From NCBI RefSeq assembly GCF_044704955.1, contig NC_091984.1:177878001-177942000 (forward strand): 64,000 nt of DNA, given 5' to 3'. Position numbers and translations under genes: made by a program. Under the pieces are notes generated by a model. The model did no database searches. It saw only the letters and a program-made list of their open reading frames with translations, and was not told the DNA's origin. The DNA comes from Pristiophorus japonicus (lineage: Eukaryota). This document shows, in pieces, positions 60,928 through 64,000 of the stretch. The first letter of the stretch is position 1, and each line of letters opens with the position of its first letter.

Positions 60928-63900
60928 CATCATCATCATCGGCAATTCCTCAGAATCGAGGAAGACTTGCTTCCACTCCAGAAATTAGTTCTTTGGTGGG
61001 TGAATAATCCAGTACGAGAGCCATAGACTCTGTCACAGGTGAGACAGATAGTCGTTGAGGGAAGGTTGGGTAGGGTTGGTTTGCCGTGCGCTCTTTCTGC
61101 TGCCTGCACTTAATTTCTGCATGCTCTCAAAGTGCTCAATGCCCTCCCGGATCCACTTAGTGCGGTCTTTGGCCAGGGACTCCCAGGTGTCAGTGTTGAT
61201 GTTACACTTTAGCAGGGAGGCTTTAAGGGTGTCCTTGAAACGATTCTGCTGCCCACCTTTGGCTCGTTTGCCATAAAGAAGCTCTGCATAGAACACTTGC
61301 TTTGGGAGTTTCGTGTCTGGCATGCGAACTATGTGGCCTGCCCAGCAAAGCTGATTGAATGGTCAGTGCTTCAATGCTGGGGATGTTAGCCTGGACGAGA
61401 ACACTTATGTTGGTGCGCCTGTCCTCCCAGGGAATTTGTAGGATCTTGTGGAGACATCATTGGTGATATATCTCCAGTGACTTGAGGTGTCTACTATACT
61501 TTGACAATGCCTCTGAGCCATACAGGAGGGCGGGTATTGGTACAACCCTGAAGACCATGAGCTTGGTGGTAGATTTGAGGGCCTGGTCTTCGAACACTCT
61601 TTTCCTTAGGTGGTCGAAGGCTGCACTAGCACATTGGAGGTGGTGTTGAATCTCCGCATCAATGTCTGCTTTTGTTGATAAGAAGCTCCCGAGGTATGGG
61701 AAATGGTCCATGTTGTCAAGGGCTACATCTTGGATCTTGATGACTGGGGGGCAGTGCTGTCCGGCGAGGACAGGTTGGTGGAGGACTTTTGTCTTGCGGA
61801 AGATAAGCGTAAGGCCCATGCTTTTGTATGCCTCAGTAAATACGTCGACTATATCCTGGAGTTCAGCCTCAGAATGTGCGCAGATGCAGGTGTCGTCTGC
61901 ATACTGTAGCTCAACGACAGAGGTTGGGGTGATCTTGGACCAGCCTGGAGGCAGCGTAGGTCAAACAGCTTCCCGCTGGTTCTGTAGTTTAATTCCACTC
62001 CAGCGGGGAGCTTGTTGACTGTGAGGTGGAGCATGGCAGTGAGGAAGATTGAAAAGAGGGTTAGAGCGATGATGCAGCCCTGTTTGACCCCGGTCCGGGC
62101 GTGGATTGGGTCTGTAATGGATCCGTTTGTAAGGATTACAGCCTGCATGTCTTCGTGGAGCAGGCGAAGGATTTTGAAAAACTTTTGGGGGCATCTGAAA
62201 TGGAGGTGGACAATACATAGACCCTCGTCGTTGACAGTGTCAAAGGCCTTTGTAAGGTCGAAAAAGGCCATGTATAACGGCTGGCGCTGCTCCATGCATT
62301 TTTCTTGTAGCTGTTGCGCTGCAAAGATCATGTTCGTTGTGTCGAGTAGGGGACAAAATATGCACTGTGACTCCGGAGGAGTGCCTGGGCCATAGAGAGA
62401 AGAATGCTGAGGAGAACTCTGGCGACTCTTTCCCAGTGGCTGATAGCAGGGAGATTCTCCTGTAATTGCCGCAAGTCGGACTTGTCCCCTTTTTAAAAGA
62501 TGGTCACGATCACTGCATCTCTGAGATCTCCCTGTATGCTCTACTCCCTCCAGATGAGAGAGATGAAGTCATGTATCTGCGCCAACAGCGCCTATCCACC
62601 ATACTTTAGCACCTTAGCAGGGATTCCATTGGCTCCCGTAGTCTTGTTGTTCTTGAGCTGTTTTATGGCTTTTCCTACCTCGTGCAGCGTTGGAGTTTCA
62701 CTGAGGTGGTGGTGGGTCACATGCTGTGGGATGGAGTCGCAAACACTCGAGTGAAGTGCAGAGTCTCGATTGAAGAGATCTTCGAAATCCTCCTTCGAGT
62801 GGGCCCTTAGAGCCTCTGTGTCCTTGATGAGTGTTGCCCCATTCTTGGCCAGCAGTAGGGTGGGGCCTTTGGAGTTTGGACCGTAGGTGGACTTCACTGC
62901 GATGAAGAATCCTCGCATATCATGGCTGTCAGCCAGTTGTTGTATCTCCTGTGCTTTCTCCAGCCACCACCCGTTCTTTAGGTCCTGGGTTTTTTGTTGG
63001 ACCTCAGCCTTGAGCTGCCTGTAATGTTGCTTTGCAGCTCCCGAGTTGGGTTGTTGCTCGAGGCTCAGAAATACTCTGCATTTGCGATCTATTAGTCCTT
63101 GGATCTCCTGATCATTCTCATCAAACCAGTCCTGGTGTTTTCTGGTTGAGTCAACAAGTGTCTCCTCACAGGCACTGGTTACAGAGGCCTGGAGGGCAGA
63201 CAAAGCACTCTGGGCATTCAATACCTCATGGTCATCAAAGCACGCCAGATTAGCTGTGAGGCGTTGGCTGTATATGGCTCTCTTAGCTGGGTCCAGAAGT
63301 GCCCCGGCATTGATTTTTTTGCTGCACTGCTTCTGATGTCCCTCTGCTTTGGGGCTATGTTAATGTCGATGATGGATCGGATTAGACGGTGGTCCATCCA
63401 GCAGTCATCAGCTCCTGTCATGGCATCGGTGATTCGCACATCCTTGTGATCCATGGCTCGGACGATGACATAGTCGAGCAGGTGCCAGTGTTTGGAGCGA
63501 GGGTGTTGCCAAAATGCCTTGTATTTGTCCCTCTGGTGGAACAGGGTGTTGGTGATGAAATTTTCAGGTTCTAGACATTTTATCAGGAGTAGGGTACCGC
63601 TGGAGTTGGTTTTCCCTACCTCCTCTGCCAATCACGCCTGCCGAGAAGGCTGTGTCTTTGCTGACCCTGGCTTTGAAGTCACCTAGGAGGATCAATTTGT
63701 CGCCTGCGGGGATGCAGGACAGGGATGTTTCAAGGTTGGAATAAAACCCCTCCGTTGCATCAAGTGTTGAGGCATACACACTGATGATTGTGGCACATTG
63801 GTTCTGGGATAGGGTGCGTCCAAGAGTCATGAGGCATTCGTTAACCCCGCAGCGGGAGTCATTGAGGTGGTCGACCAGCTCGTTTTTGATGGCGAAGCCG

Positions 63901-64000
63901 ACTCCGTGAAGGCGGCATTCCTCCTCTGGTTTTTCTTTCCAGAAAAAGGTGTAATCTCTACCTTGTTCCTTGAGCTGGCCTTCCCCTGCCTGCCGGGCCT
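60928..64000 (-). mobile_element. RTE-clade LINE, near full length, running off the window
   Basis: AP-endonuclease (ATIISVYA, LLGDFKARV, LLDYVIV, DHRLI), RT (FFDLTKAFDTV, GVKQGCII, FPYLGS) and (cat)n tail at 60928. Confidence 0.95.

Overview
Eukaryotic, repeat-dense DNA from a cartilaginous fish (shark-type CR1, L2, RTE and DeuSINE repeats; shark-type immunoglobulin light chain). The only host gene is a cluster-type lambda (type II) Ig light-chain gene on the + strand: octamer/TATA promoter (~13135-13211), leader exon (13265-13313), germline-joined V-J exon (13452-13796), C exon (~15601-15923) and polyA signal (16219). Its C-exon splice acceptor reads AA instead of AG, so this copy is probably defective. 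The window covers parts of two tandem copies of the Ig cluster repeat unit (1-6.9 kb ~ 21.35-29.3 kb; 6.9-8.3 kb ~ 48.7-50.1 kb; 11.4-11.75 kb ~ 60.6-60.9 kb), which predicts another light-chain gene just beyond the right edge. The second unit is inflated by nested insertions. The most notable is an internally deleted endogenous retrovirus (- strand, ~36788-42530). It has a tRNA-Ser PBS, a retroviral tether/RNase H/integrase pol, and an Env with foamy-virus/paramyxovirus-F-like rather than gamma-type architecture (lokiretrovirus/spuma-like). Between pol and env lies a small single-pass membrane ORF, absent from the ORF track, coupled to pol by a TAATG stop-start overlap. Also present are two Gypsy LTR retrotransposons, two Harbinger transposon copies, three RTE LINEs, many CR1/L2 fragments, SINEs and MITEs. 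Repeat boundaries were read by eye and are approximate; no database searches or alignments were run.
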